DNA from: an uncultured Acidobacteriota bacterium
GTDB taxonomy: Bacteria > Acidobacteriota > UBA6911 > RPQK01 > JAPXNP01
Length of the DNA stretch: 64,000 nucleotides
Assembly (NCBI GenBank): GCA_963777605.1
Contig: CAVZRV010000013.1
Location: forward strand, 32,001-96,000
Reading direction: 5' to 3'
The notes below the pieces were generated by a model. The model was given only the letters and a program-made list of their open reading frames with translations. It was not told where the DNA came from and searched no databases. The position numbers and the translations under genes are program-made. Of this stretch, positions 40,725-50,651 are shown piece by piece; position 1 is the stretch's first letter, and each line of letters begins with the position of its first letter.

Positions 40725-42386
40725 GTGGAACAGCGACCTTGGCACGAGTTTTATGAGCCGGGAATACCGGTAGAGGGAGAGTATCCCGACCTTAATCTGT
40801 ATCAGCTCTTGCAGTGGGCTACCGAAGAGCATTCCGAGGGTGCGGCGACACTCTTCTTCGGGTCAAGAAAGACCTACCGCGAGTTGCTGGCGCAGGTCGA
40901 TCGTTTCGCGGATGTCCTCGCTCACCTCGGAGTGGGGAAGGGGGATCGGGTGGCATTGATCCTGCCCAATTTCCCCGGCTACCCGATCGCTCATTTTGCG
41001 GTCGCCAAGCTGGGCGGGATCCTGGTTCCTACCAATCCACTTTACGTCGAGCGGGAACTCGAACATCAGCTCAACGACTCTGGTTCGAAGACCGTGATCG
41101 TCCTGGACAAGTTGTTGCCGATGCTGGAGAAGGTCCGGCCCCACACGGATGTGCGGAGGATCATCGTGATGTCGGTACGGGATTTCCTGCCCTTCCACCT
41201 CGCGTTTCTTCTTGGACTGAAAGAGAAGTCCAAGGTTGAACAGGACGAGGGGACGGGCCGGTTTCTCTATTCAACCCTGATCAAAGAGGGCCACCCGCGC
41301 CACCCCGGGACGCACGTTCCGACGGAGGAAACGGCGTTGTTGCTTTACACCGGGGGAACCACCGGGCTTTCAAAGGGAGCCGAGTTGACTCACCGGAACG
41401 TGGTCATCAACGTGATACAGACCCGCCGGTGGCTGCGCACCGTGGAAGAGAAGAAAGAGACGATTCTCTGCGTGCTGCCATTCTTCCACAGCTACGGGAT
41501 GACGACGGGGCTGCACCTGGCCGTCGCGGCCCAGTCCGCCATGCTCCTGCTGCCCCGCTTCGAGCTGGCCGATGTGGCCAAGGCGATCAAGAAGCACCGG
41601 CCCACGATCTTTTGCGCCGTTCCATCGATGTACAACGCGATCAACCGATATCCGGACCTCACTCCCGACGACGTTTCGTCGATCAAGCTTTGCGTCAGCG
41701 GTGGAGCTGCCTTGCCGGCTGAGGTGCAGAGCCGCTTTGAAGAGCGTACCGGGGGGAAACTTGTCGAAGGATACGGTCTGACCGAGACGTCACCGGTGGC
41801 AGTGGTGAATCCCCTGCTGGGATTCCGGAAGCTGGGCACCATCGGCATTCCAATTTCCGACACCGACGCCCGCGTGGTCGATCTTGATACGCGTGAGGCA
41901 TTGCCTCCCGGAGAAGTGGGAGAACTGGCGTTGAAGGGGCCTCAGGTGATGAAGGGATACTGGAATCGACCCGAGGAGACCGCCCAGGTTCTGCGGGACG
42001 GCTGGTTACATACGGGCGACATGGCGGTGATGGACGAGGACGGGTTCTTTCGGATCGTCGACCGGAAGAAGGACGTGATCATCAGTGCCGGCATGAATGT
42101 TTACCCGAGGGAGGTCGAAGAGGTCCTCCACCAGCATCCAAAGATTGTCGAGGCCGCGGTTGTCGGAATGCACAGCAAGGTCCGGGAGGAGTCGGTCAAG
42201 GCGTTCGTCGTGGTGGAAAAAGGCCAGACTCTGACCAAGGCGGAAGTCGTCGAGTTCTGTCGGGACAAGTTGTCCAAGTTCAAGATCCCCAGGCAGGTTG
42301 AGATCGTCGATGCGCTCCCGAAAAGCGCCATGGGCAAGGTGCTCAAGCGTGCGCTCAAAGACGACCAGGCGGGGGGCGGGAAGTAG
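40725..42386 (+). CDS. Long-chain fatty acid--CoA ligase
   Basis: YTGGTTGLSKG, EGYGLTETSP, GWLHTGD and LPKSAMGKVL motifs. Confidence 0.93.
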   Translation: MEQRPWHEFYEPGIPVEGEYPDLNLYQLLQWATEEHSEGAATLFFGSRKTYRELLAQVDRFADVLAHLGVGKGDRVALILPNFPGYPIAHFAVAKLGGILVPTNPLYVERELEHQLNDSGSKTVIVLDKLLPMLEKVRPHTDVRRIIVMSVRDFLPFHLAFLLGLKEKSKVEQDEGTGRFLYSTLIKEGHPRHPGTHVPTEETALLLYTGGTTGLSKGAELTHRNVVINVIQTRRWLRTVEEKKETILCVLPFFHSYGMTTGLHLAVAAQSAMLLLPRFELADVAKAIKKHRPTIFCAVPSMYNAINRYPDLTPDDVSSIKLCVSGGAALPAEVQSRFEERTGGKLVEGYGLTETSPVAVVNPLLGFRKLGTIGIPISDTDARVVDLDTREALPPGEVGELALKGPQVMKGYWNRPEETAQVLRDGWLHTGDMAVMDEDGFFRIVDRKKDVIISAGMNVYPREVEEVLHQHPKIVEAAVVGMHSKVREESVKAFVVVEKGQTLTKAEVVEFCRDKLSKFKIPRQVEIVDALPKSAMGKVLKRALKDDQAGGGK

Positions 42387-42392
42387 GTTCCG

Positions 42393-43610
42393 ATGGACGT
42401 GACGTTGGAGTGCGCTGATTTTCTGAGGCGCCTGATCCGGACCCCAGGCCTGCCCGGGGAAGAGGGCAATGTGGCAGAAGTGGTCGCCGGAGAGATGACG
42501 CGGCTGGGTTTTGACACCGTGGACCGGGACGGCGCGGGGAACATCATCGGGTTGGTGCGGGGAAACGGCCCGTCAGAGCCGATCATGCTCAATACCCACC
42601 TGGACCACGTTGCGGCTGGCGAGGAGAGCGAGTGGCCCTATCCCCCATTCGAGGGATCGGTGTCGGATGGCCGGATTTGGGGCCGGGGAGCTGTTGACAT
42701 CAAGGGACCACTCGCGGCGCAGGTTTACGCCGTGGGTGAACTGGCGCGGGCGGGCCGGAGGCCTCCCGGAGACGTGTGGGTCACCACGGTCGTGATGGAG
42801 GAAATTGGGGGTTTGGGTGCGCGCTACCTGGCTCGAAACCTGTTCACCAAATGTGTAATTGTCGGAGAGCCGAGCCGGAATCGGCTGATGCGAGGACACC
42901 GGGGCCGGACCGAGTTGCTTCTGACCGTCACGGGAAGGAGCGTTCACGCGAGCATTCCCGATCACGGAGTGAATCCGCTTGAAGTGACCGCGTCCTTCAT
43001 CTCGGCGATACCGGGACTCCCGCACCTGGTCGATGCCGAACTCGGACCGAGCAGTGTGGCCCCGACACTTTTCCGGACCGACCAGTCGAGCCCAAATGTC
43101 ATTCCCGGGCGAGCCTGGCTGACCTGCGACTGGCGCAATGTCCCAGGAGAGACCGGGGAGAGTATTCGCAAGTTGCTTCAGGAACTCGCCAACCGCTGTC
43201 TGATCGAGGGCGCGCGTGCCGAAGTCACCATTCCAGGCAGTGAGTTGACAACCTACACCGGATACCGGGAGTTCTCCCATTCCTACCACCCGTCATTTTG
43301 TCTCGGTCCGGAGGATCCCTCCTTGAAGGCGGCTGAAGCGGTTGTTGCTCGTGTTTTGGAAAGGCCGGCGAAAGCCGGAGTCTGGAAGTTTGCCACTGAC
43401 GGTGGCCACTTCGCGGAAGCTGGCATGAAAGTTCTGGGCCTGGGTCCGGGTGAGGAAACCCTGGCGCACACTGTGCGGGAGTCGATCGGCCTGGACGAGC
43501 TCGAAGAAGGCCGCCGATTGTACCAGGCCCTGGTCTGCGACGAGGCGTTTCGGCGCACGCAAGCCGGGGGTATCGGAACGCGGAACGGCCGAGACACGGC
43601 CGCGGGGTAA
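42393..43610 (+). CDS. M20/M25/M40 metallopeptidase/deacylase
   Basis: NTHLDHV, GRGAVDIKG, MEE, VGEPS, FATDG and LAHT motifs. Confidence 0.9.
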   Translation: MDVTLECADFLRRLIRTPGLPGEEGNVAEVVAGEMTRLGFDTVDRDGAGNIIGLVRGNGPSEPIMLNTHLDHVAAGEESEWPYPPFEGSVSDGRIWGRGAVDIKGPLAAQVYAVGELARAGRRPPGDVWVTTVVMEEIGGLGARYLARNLFTKCVIVGEPSRNRLMRGHRGRTELLLTVTGRSVHASIPDHGVNPLEVTASFISAIPGLPHLVDAELGPSSVAPTLFRTDQSSPNVIPGRAWLTCDWRNVPGETGESIRKLLQELANRCLIEGARAEVTIPGSELTTYTGYREFSHSYHPSFCLGPEDPSLKAAEAVVARVLERPAKAGVWKFATDGGHFAEAGMKVLGLGPGEETLAHTVRESIGLDELEEGRRLYQALVCDEAFRRTQAGGIGTRNGRDTAAG

Positions 43611-43766
43611 GGAACGCGCCCCCGGGTGCCTGCCCTCCCGGCTGTCGGTTGCGCGGACGCAGGCCCGGTGAGGGCCTGGCCGACAGAGCCGGGGAGAAGC
43701 GGTTCCCCCAACCGAGATCCCTCGACAAATCAAGAATAAGAAATCGTAGATCGTACGTGTCCCACG

Positions 43767-45020
43767 TCACGGCTTCCAGGGGCTGATTTGCCCGCTTTCC
43801 ATCTCCACCATGGTTACCGGGCGCGTGTTTTGACCGGTCAGGTCCCAGACGATCGGTCCGGCCGCCCCGGACCAAGAGAATTTGGCCCGCAGCGTGTCTC
43901 CAATCCGGGCCCGGTTGGCACCGGCTTCTCGCACGGCTTCTCCCAGGAGTTCGATGGCGTCGTAGGTCTGGGCGGCAGCGAAGTCCGCGGGGTGTCCGGT
44001 TTCTGACCGGAAACGCTTCGAAAACTCTTCCAGGGCTCCAAGGTCGGCCGGGAGGGGGAATATGAAGCGGTTGGACAGCCCCGCCGCCGCTTCGTGGAAG
44101 GATCGGCGGCCCATCGCCGAAGAGCCGTAAACAGGTCCGGAATAGATCGGCGCCAGGTGGCGCGCAACCTGCGCCGAAACCTGCGGATCCGCCAGGATCA
44201 CCAGGGTGGGCCGGACCGAGCCGGCGAGGAGTTGACGATTGAGGTTGGAGAGTTCGGTCTCGTCGCCTGTGGTGACGTTCAGGTGGTAGTGAAGCGCGCT
44301 CTCCCGCTTCGAGAGCGCTTCGAGGAATTCAGTCGTCACGGCGCGGGAGTCATGGTCGGTGGCGGAGATCAGGACGATGGTGTCGGTATGGCCGTTCTTC
44401 TCCAGCGTTTCGAGGAGCAACTCCATCTGGAGGTCATCGCCCGGCAGGCAGGAAAAGATCCACGGAACGTGGGCCATGTTGGCCGACCGGTCGGTCGATC
44501 CCGGGTTGAGCAGGGGCAGGCGGGCTTTGGCGACGATCTGCTCGGCCAGGTGCGCGGTAGGCCCGTCTACGCCGCCGATGATGGCCTGGATTCCGTCGTT
44601 GTAAACCATCCGCGCGATCTGCCCGACACCGCTGCCCCAGGGATTCTCCGACCACGCGGGAAGGAGTCGGAAGGGCAGCCCCCGGTAGCCGCCTCGAGCG
44701 TTGAGGTCGTCGATGGCCATTTGGGCAGCGGTCCAGGAATCACCATACAGTGGGTGATCGGGATCGGACGGCCCGAAGTAACCGATGCGGATCTCCGTAA
44801 GGCCCGGCGGGTCGATGTCATCCCGCCCGGGGCCATTGTAGTGGTGCAGGCTTGTTCGGCCGTCGAAGAACGGGCCCTCGGCCTGTCCAGCCAGAGCCGG
44901 TCGAATCAGGCAGCACAGCCCGGCCAAAACAACCAGGGCTCGGCAAATCTGGAGCCGGCTCGCCTGCCAATCGGACGGAGGGTTCGATTGGCGAACCCTC
45001 CGGCACCGGTCAGCGGTCAA
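43767..45020 (-). CDS. LivJ/ANF-receptor-type (Peripla_BP_6) substrate-binding protein
   Basis: IRIGYFGP, AIDDLNARGGYRG, AIIGGVDG, AAQTYDAI and GAAGPIVWD motifs. Confidence 0.85.
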   Translation of the reverse strand: MTADRCRRVRQSNPPSDWQASRLQICRALVVLAGLCCLIRPALAGQAEGPFFDGRTSLHHYNGPGRDDIDPPGLTEIRIGYFGPSDPDHPLYGDSWTAAQMAIDDLNARGGYRGLPFRLLPAWSENPWGSGVGQIARMVYNDGIQAIIGGVDGPTAHLAEQIVAKARLPLLNPGSTDRSANMAHVPWIFSCLPGDDLQMELLLETLEKNGHTDTIVLISATDHDSRAVTTEFLEALSKRESALHYHLNVTTGDETELSNLNRQLLAGSVRPTLVILADPQVSAQVARHLAPIYSGPVYGSSAMGRRSFHEAAAGLSNRFIFPLPADLGALEEFSKRFRSETGHPADFAAAQTYDAIELLGEAVREAGANRARIGDTLRAKFSWSGAAGPIVWDLTGQNTRPVTMVEMESGQISPWKP

Positions 45021-45032
45021 TGGCAGGCCGCT

Positions 45033-46497
45033 TCACGGCTGACCCGGTCCCGTTCCGGGACGATATCCTTGGGGGATATCGAGGTCTTCCCGCGTGTAGT
45101 AGTGCCAGGCGCCGTCCTTGAAGTGCGCCATGGCGACCGTCCCGACGTCATCCAGTGCCGCACTGAGGGCGATCTGCCCCGTCACGCCCGGCCATGGCTT
45201 GGACCTGTAGGCCAGCACGTCACGAACTTTGGCCCGATTCAATCCCGCCACCTGGACGGCCCAGATCAGCATATTCATTCCGTCGTAGGCGTGAGCCGCG
45301 TAAGTGTCCGCCTCGACACCGAAGCGTCTCCGGAAGATCTCCCGAAAAGCGGACAGCTTGGGATCTTTCCGGTCCGGGTTCCAGGGGTACATTGCCCAGA
45401 CTCCCTCGGCGTTCTGGCCGGCTATCTCGGTGAAAGTCGGGCGAGACGTGCCGGTCGGAGCCGAAGAACGGTTGCTTCATCCCCATCTTCCGCATCTGGT
45501 TGAGAATCATGGCCCCTTCCTGGGCATCTCCCCAGTGGACGATGGCGTCCGGATTGGTCGCCTTGAGGCGTTCCAGTTGAAGCGAGAAATCGGTGTCCCC
45601 GAGACGGTAGGCCATCTCCAGAACGACCGGCTTCTCCAGGCGCCGGCTGCCGTCCCGAACCTCGCGCACACCGAAGCGGCCGTACCGGTTGGAAGCCCGG
45701 ATGATCCCCACCCGTTGGTAGCCCATTTTTCGGTACAGGTAGTCCACCAAAAGGTAACCCATCTGCCGGTCGTCCCCGATACAGCGGAACACCCACGGGA
45801 TGTTCGTCTCGATAAAGGTCGGGTCGGTGTCGCCGGAGTTCATCATGGCAACCTCGGCCTTCAGAGCGACCCGGATCGCGATGTGGCTGTTGGCGCCGTC
45901 AATCGTGCCGAGAATCGCCCAAACCTTGTCGTTGTAAGCCATTTTGATGATCTCGTTGCCCGAGGCTCCCCACAGCCCGTTGTCGTTGGAGACGGCCAGT
46001 TCGAATGGAACCGACCGTTTCAGGTAGCCTCCCCGGGCATTGGCCTGTTCGATGGCCAGTCGGCTGCCCCGCATCATCTGGATTCCCAGGGGCTCTTCGT
46101 GGCTCTTGCCGCCGGTAGCGACCGAAACGGTGGACATTATGGGACCGATGAATCCGATCTTGACCGAATCGACATGCTCGGGTTCGGGGATCGCGCGCCC
46201 GGGTCCGGTGTACTCGATCTGAAGGAGGAAGTTCTCCTTGAAGGGTTTGACCCCGCTGAACGGTTCGACGTCGACGGCGGTTCCGGCGTAGTTCTCGTCC
46301 CGCTTCAGGTCAATTGGAGGAGTTTCATAGGCAGTGATGTTGTTGAGGATTTCCAGGACCTTGGCCACGGCCGGATCATCCACCGCGAAAGGAGGCAGGA
46401 GTTCATCCGGGGGCAGAATGTCCGGTCGTTTTGTCGCCTGGGCAAAGAGCCCGGACACGGTCAGGATGACGAAGAATACTCTGCAGACCAGTTTCAT
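45033..46497 (-). CDS. LivJ/ANF-receptor-type substrate-binding protein (+1 frameshift near 45434)
   Basis: Signal peptide; VKIGFIGP, AIEQANARGGY and TDFSLQL motifs. AAHAYDGMN and GVTGQI lie in the shifted frame. Confidence 0.85.
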
Positions 46498-46503
46498 GGC
46501 TAG

Positions 46504-47754
46504 TTACCTCCTCGCACTCGCCGGCCGGGCAGGAGATGTCGCTGCGGTCGGGGTCGTGGCGGCTGCGTCGGAGCCCTCCGGTTTGAGCCCGGCAAAGTAG
46601 TTCGTTCCGATCCCGTGGGCCAGGCCTTTCGACGTTCCGATCCAGACATCAGAACCGTCGAAATCTACTGCAAGCGTGTAGTTGTGGGGAATTCCGGTGG
46701 CGGTCTCAACCTCCTTCAGTACCTGTTTGTTGCGGGATACGATCGCCTTTCCCTTGTGGGTTTCCGGGTCCATCGTATAGGTGACCCACGTATCGGTATC
46801 AAAGTCGGTCACGGTCCCCACGCCCTTGTCGGTACAGAACCAGGCCTCCTGGGCGCTCCGCCCTTTGACGGCATTGATGAAGTCACTGGGAAGCCCGGTT
46901 TCCTGGTTGTAATAACCGCGCCAGTGTCGTCCGTCGTAGCGGCATCCCCCGAAGTAGGTCGAAACCCAGAGGATCTTGTCCACGTAGCTGACTCCGGTCG
47001 TGATGACGTGGACAATCCCGTCATCGCGATAGAGGTCGATCTCCATCTCACCGTCCGGGTCGAGGTAGTCTTTCCAGGTCCCGCGCGCGATGTCGTATTC
47101 GAGTACACCGCTTCCCCAGACACCGAGGTAGACAAGGCCGTCGTTGTAGGTGACACCGTAGTTCCAGATCTCCTCCATGGGCGCATTCTTCTCTGTAAAA
47201 ATGGCCCATTCGCCGGTAACGGTGTTGAATCGGCTCGCACCCGCGGTAGTCGCACACCAGACATTGTCGTGCTCGACGGCGACCCCGTAGACGACGTCGT
47301 TGACCAGTCCGCTGTTCAACTGGTGCCAGTGATCGAACCGGCCGGCGGTATAGCGCGCCAGGCCGCCGCCGAACAGGGCCAGCCAGACCTCCCCGGTCTT
47401 TGGGTTGACGGCGATCCAGGAGACCACCTTCCAGGGGAGACCATCCTCCATCGTCCAGGTCCGCTTGACCTTGCCGGCGACCTTGTCGATGAGGGCCAGG
47501 CCGTTCTCCGTGCCGACCCAAACGTCGTTGCCGTTGACGGTGACGGCGAAAATGTGGTCGTTTGGCAGCCCATCCTTGACCGTGAACTGCTGCCAGTCCC
47601 GGTAGATGTACGGCAGCGGTTCCTGCTCAGCCGCGGGCGGAACCAGCGCGGATTCAGCGAACGGCAGGGCCGGGATCGTAAACAGTATCGCCAGGACTGT
47701 CAGCAGAAAACGCGGGCATTCCTTGATGCTGACTGGGAATGATTGTCTGCTCAT
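46504..47754 (-). CDS. Secreted beta-propeller (two-component regulator propeller repeats, no kinase)
   Basis: DGLPNDHIFAV, VWVGTENGL, SGLVNDVVY, GLPSDFIN and VWIGTSKGL repeats; signal peptide. Confidence 0.85.
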   Translation of the reverse strand: MSRQSFPVSIKECPRFLLTVLAILFTIPALPFAESALVPPAAEQEPLPYIYRDWQQFTVKDGLPNDHIFAVTVNGNDVWVGTENGLALIDKVAGKVKRTWTMEDGLPWKVVSWIAVNPKTGEVWLALFGGGLARYTAGRFDHWHQLNSGLVNDVVYGVAVEHDNVWCATTAGASRFNTVTGEWAIFTEKNAPMEEIWNYGVTYNDGLVYLGVWGSGVLEYDIARGTWKDYLDPDGEMEIDLYRDDGIVHVITTGVSYVDKILWVSTYFGGCRYDGRHWRGYYNQETGLPSDFINAVKGRSAQEAWFCTDKGVGTVTDFDTDTWVTYTMDPETHKGKAIVSRNKQVLKEVETATGIPHNYTLAVDFDGSDVWIGTSKGLAHGIGTNYFAGLKPEGSDAAATTPTAATSPARPASARR

Positions 47755-47782
47755 AATTGAGTCCTCACCGATTCTTCTCGGA

Positions 47783-50635
47783 TCAGAACGTCTTGATGTA
47801 CTCAATCAGATCGTTCAGTTGATCCTTGGTCAGATCGTTCGTCACCCCATGCTTATCCTGGGGGTTGTGCACGGTCCAGATCTCCTCCAGCGTGGGTGCG
47901 ATCCCGTTGTGAAGGTAAGGCGCTGAGTCATAGATGTTGTTCAGATGGGGAACGTCAAAGAGCGCTTCCCGATCATAGGGCATCCGGGTTCCGACATCCA
48001 CCTGGGTTCGGTTCGTGTAGAGCGGAGGTGGATGACAGAAGACACACTGTCCGGTCTTGGGAATTTCCCGGCCGTCGCTGGTCATCGATCGCTCGAAGAC
48101 GGACTTGCCTCGTCGCTGGGCGGGAGTGAGTTCGGCTCCCAGAGGACGATAGCGGTTTGGTGGCCGCTGAATCATGGAAATGTAGAGATCCAATGCGGCC
48201 AGTTCGTCCGGGCTAAAAGGCTGGATTCGGGTGAAGAAGACAGCCAGGCGGGGACCGCATTGCCGCTGCAGGCTTGGGTTGGTACCTTCCCACTTGAACG
48301 GGGCGGTGTCCAGAATCCCGCGAAGCGTCCGGTTGTCCACGGGGCTCACGCCCACTCCATCCGGTTCGATGTCGTAAGTGACTCCGTCAACGTGGCCGTC
48401 CGGGTGGCAGGAGTGGCAGGAGAATTGGCGTCGGAAGGTGATTTTGGCATTGTGAAAGAGCTGTTCTCCCAAGCGTGCCTTGGTGATCTGCCTGGGTCCG
48501 CCAAGGTCCACGACTCCAGCTGGCTCGAGTCGCTTCATGTCGATAACCGTGAGGGAATCGTCCAGGCAATTGGCGACGAAAGCAGTGCTGCCGTCCGGCG
48601 TCACCCGAATTCCCCGCGGGCTCTTCCCGGTCGGGATCAGCTTCGCAATGAACTCGGTGGGCAGGCCCAGGTGATTGGGCAGAACGTTCTTGCGCTCTTC
48701 ATCGGATGCCGACTTGAGGATGCCGACCAGTTTGTTGAGATCGACCACCGCCACCCGGTCGAGGCTCGCGCTGGTCACCAGGGCATACTTTCCGTCCGGC
48801 GTGATCGTCAGGCCGGTGGGGTCGGGAAACGAGATGTCGGTCTGGTCGAGCAAGACCTGGTCCACGTGCCCGTCCTTCCAGGCGATCCCGATGCCGTTGG
48901 TGATGGTCCAGCCCTGGGTCAGCCTGGTCATGGGCACCAGGTTCTTGGTTCGGAGCATTACGAAGACGGCGTATTCCCCGCTCGGATGCCAGTCTACGCC
49001 GAGCAGGAGGTTCGTTCCCCGGGCGGTGTAGCGGTCGTCCACCTTCTCGGTCTTGGTATTGACCACGGTCAGTTCCGAGACACAGGGAGTCCGGAAGGGG
49101 ATAAACCGGGACAGGGCATTGGTCACGACGATCTGGCTGCCGTCGGGAGACAGGGACATCGCCCAGGGATACCGGCTTGCCGTCAGCCGGGACTTCTCGG
49201 TCAGTGAATCGCCATCCAGGATCGAGATGCTGTCCTCAGAGGAGTTGAGAACGTAAACGTCCCGGCCCATGCCGTCCATCTGGACGCCGTGTGGTTCGTC
49301 GCCGACGGGTACGGTGCGCAACACCTTCCGCGTCACCACATCGATCTCGCTCAAGCTGTCGTCGAGCCGGTTGGTGACGAGGACCCTCTTCCCGTCTGGG
49401 CTGAACGTCAGGTCATTGGGCTGGCCTCCGACCTGAATCTCGGCCACCTTCTGGCGCCTGGCGACATCCACAACGATGACCGAATCAGAGGTTTCGCAGG
49501 TGAGCCAGACTTCACGGCCGTTTGGAGAGACAACCAGGTTAAGAGGGTTCTTGTAGCGGATTTGCGCCACCGGTGCAGGGCGCTTTTTCGGGTGGGCGAT
49601 CGATTTCCACGCTGCTTCGTAGTCGAAGGATTTTCCGTGGGCATCGGCATGGCACTCCATGCACATGTCGCGATTGCCCAGTTTGAGGCCAGCCTCGCGG
49701 GCCGCCTCCTTGTCCAGCATGATGGCTTCGTGCTGGTAGTCGCTGCCGGGTCCATGGCACGACTCGCAGCCGACTCCCTCATCCAGGGTAAGCGACGGGA
49801 GAGCCTCGGACAGTTTTCCTCCGGTGGTGGCATGGCAGCGCAGGCACTTGGGGCTCTGTTGGGCTGGACCTTCGATCCCGGCCTGGCGAGCAATACCCTG
49901 GGCCGCCTCAGTGGCGAGGCGCCCATAGGCCTTGGCGTGCGGAGACATCTTCCAAATGCTGAATTGGTAACCCATCATGGCCGCGCGGTGGCACTGGGTG
50001 CAGGCCTGCACGCCGACGTAGTGAGGACCAGGGGTCGTTTCGTCCGCCGTCCCGGACAGGGCGGGCAGTTCCGTGAGTTCCGCCGAGTCCGGCGTCGGGT
50101 GAGCAATCCTGTTCCAGCCCTCGTCGATGTCCAGCTTGGGCAGGTTGTGGACTGCGACGTGCGATCCCTTCTCGTTGTGGCACATCTTGCAGTCGTTCTT
50201 GGTGATCTTCTTCAGCCCGGCCCGCATCGCGGCTGCGGGATCGCTCATGACCTCGGCGTCCATGTACTCGCTTCCGGGACCGTGACACTTTTCGCACTGG
50301 ACCCCGTCCTCGATGCGGAACCCGTCGTCATGTTCCCAGTCTTCGGCTTCCGCCCCGGTGGCATGGCATCCGAGACACACCGGTGACTCCTGCGGAACCT
50401 GGGGCACTCCGCTGAGGCGGGCAATTTCCAGGGCCTCCGACTTGGCCAGGACCGCGTAGGCCCGGCTGTGCTTGGTCATCAGCCACTTGCTGAACTGGTG
50501 GCCCATGGAAGGCCCGTCATGGCAGGTAGCGCAGGCCCGTGCCCCGACGTAGATGGGCTGGCGTTGCTGAGCCGCAGCGGAAACCAGAAGGCAGCTCATG
50601 CTCAGCAGGAATGGCAGCAGGGATTTGGAACGCAT
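47783..50635 (-). CDS. Decaheme protein: two c554-like tetraheme domains + YVTN/YncE beta-propeller + HzsC/CCP-like diheme domain (hydrazine synthase beta-gamma-like fusion)
   Basis: Signal peptide MRSKSLLP; 10 CxxCH motifs (CATCH, CLGCH, CEKCH, CKMCH, CTQCH, CLRCH, CESCH, CMECH, CHSCH, CVFCH); YVG..C and GVxCExCHGPGS c554 motifs; FDVPHL...APYLHNG...KHGVT..L. Confidence 0.9.
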   Translation of the reverse strand: MRSKSLLPFLLSMSCLLVSAAAQQRQPIYVGARACATCHDGPSMGHQFSKWLMTKHSRAYAVLAKSEALEIARLSGVPQVPQESPVCLGCHATGAEAEDWEHDDGFRIEDGVQCEKCHGPGSEYMDAEVMSDPAAAMRAGLKKITKNDCKMCHNEKGSHVAVHNLPKLDIDEGWNRIAHPTPDSAELTELPALSGTADETTPGPHYVGVQACTQCHRAAMMGYQFSIWKMSPHAKAYGRLATEAAQGIARQAGIEGPAQQSPKCLRCHATTGGKLSEALPSLTLDEGVGCESCHGPGSDYQHEAIMLDKEAAREAGLKLGNRDMCMECHADAHGKSFDYEAAWKSIAHPKKRPAPVAQIRYKNPLNLVVSPNGREVWLTCETSDSVIVVDVARRQKVAEIQVGGQPNDLTFSPDGKRVLVTNRLDDSLSEIDVVTRKVLRTVPVGDEPHGVQMDGMGRDVYVLNSSEDSISILDGDSLTEKSRLTASRYPWAMSLSPDGSQIVVTNALSRFIPFRTPCVSELTVVNTKTEKVDDRYTARGTNLLLGVDWHPSGEYAVFVMLRTKNLVPMTRLTQGWTITNGIGIAWKDGHVDQVLLDQTDISFPDPTGLTITPDGKYALVTSASLDRVAVVDLNKLVGILKSASDEERKNVLPNHLGLPTEFIAKLIPTGKSPRGIRVTPDGSTAFVANCLDDSLTVIDMKRLEPAGVVDLGGPRQITKARLGEQLFHNAKITFRRQFSCHSCHPDGHVDGVTYDIEPDGVGVSPVDNRTLRGILDTAPFKWEGTNPSLQRQCGPRLAVFFTRIQPFSPDELAALDLYISMIQRPPNRYRPLGAELTPAQRRGKSVFERSMTSDGREIPKTGQCVFCHPPPLYTNRTQVDVGTRMPYDREALFDVPHLNNIYDSAPYLHNGIAPTLEEIWTVHNPQDKHGVTNDLTKDQLNDLIEYIKTF

Positions 50636-50651
50636 CAAGTCTGCTCTCCCT

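Noticed and set aside
11345-45440. Frameshifts in spondin, DUF6599, methyltransferase, the 29485 ORF, HAD (x2), glgP and an SBP as programmed frameshifting or phase variation
   Set aside because: Each is repaired by removing one base, with no shared slippery motif and only short homopolymers in some. Both halves look undegraded, so long-read insertion errors are the simplest explanation.
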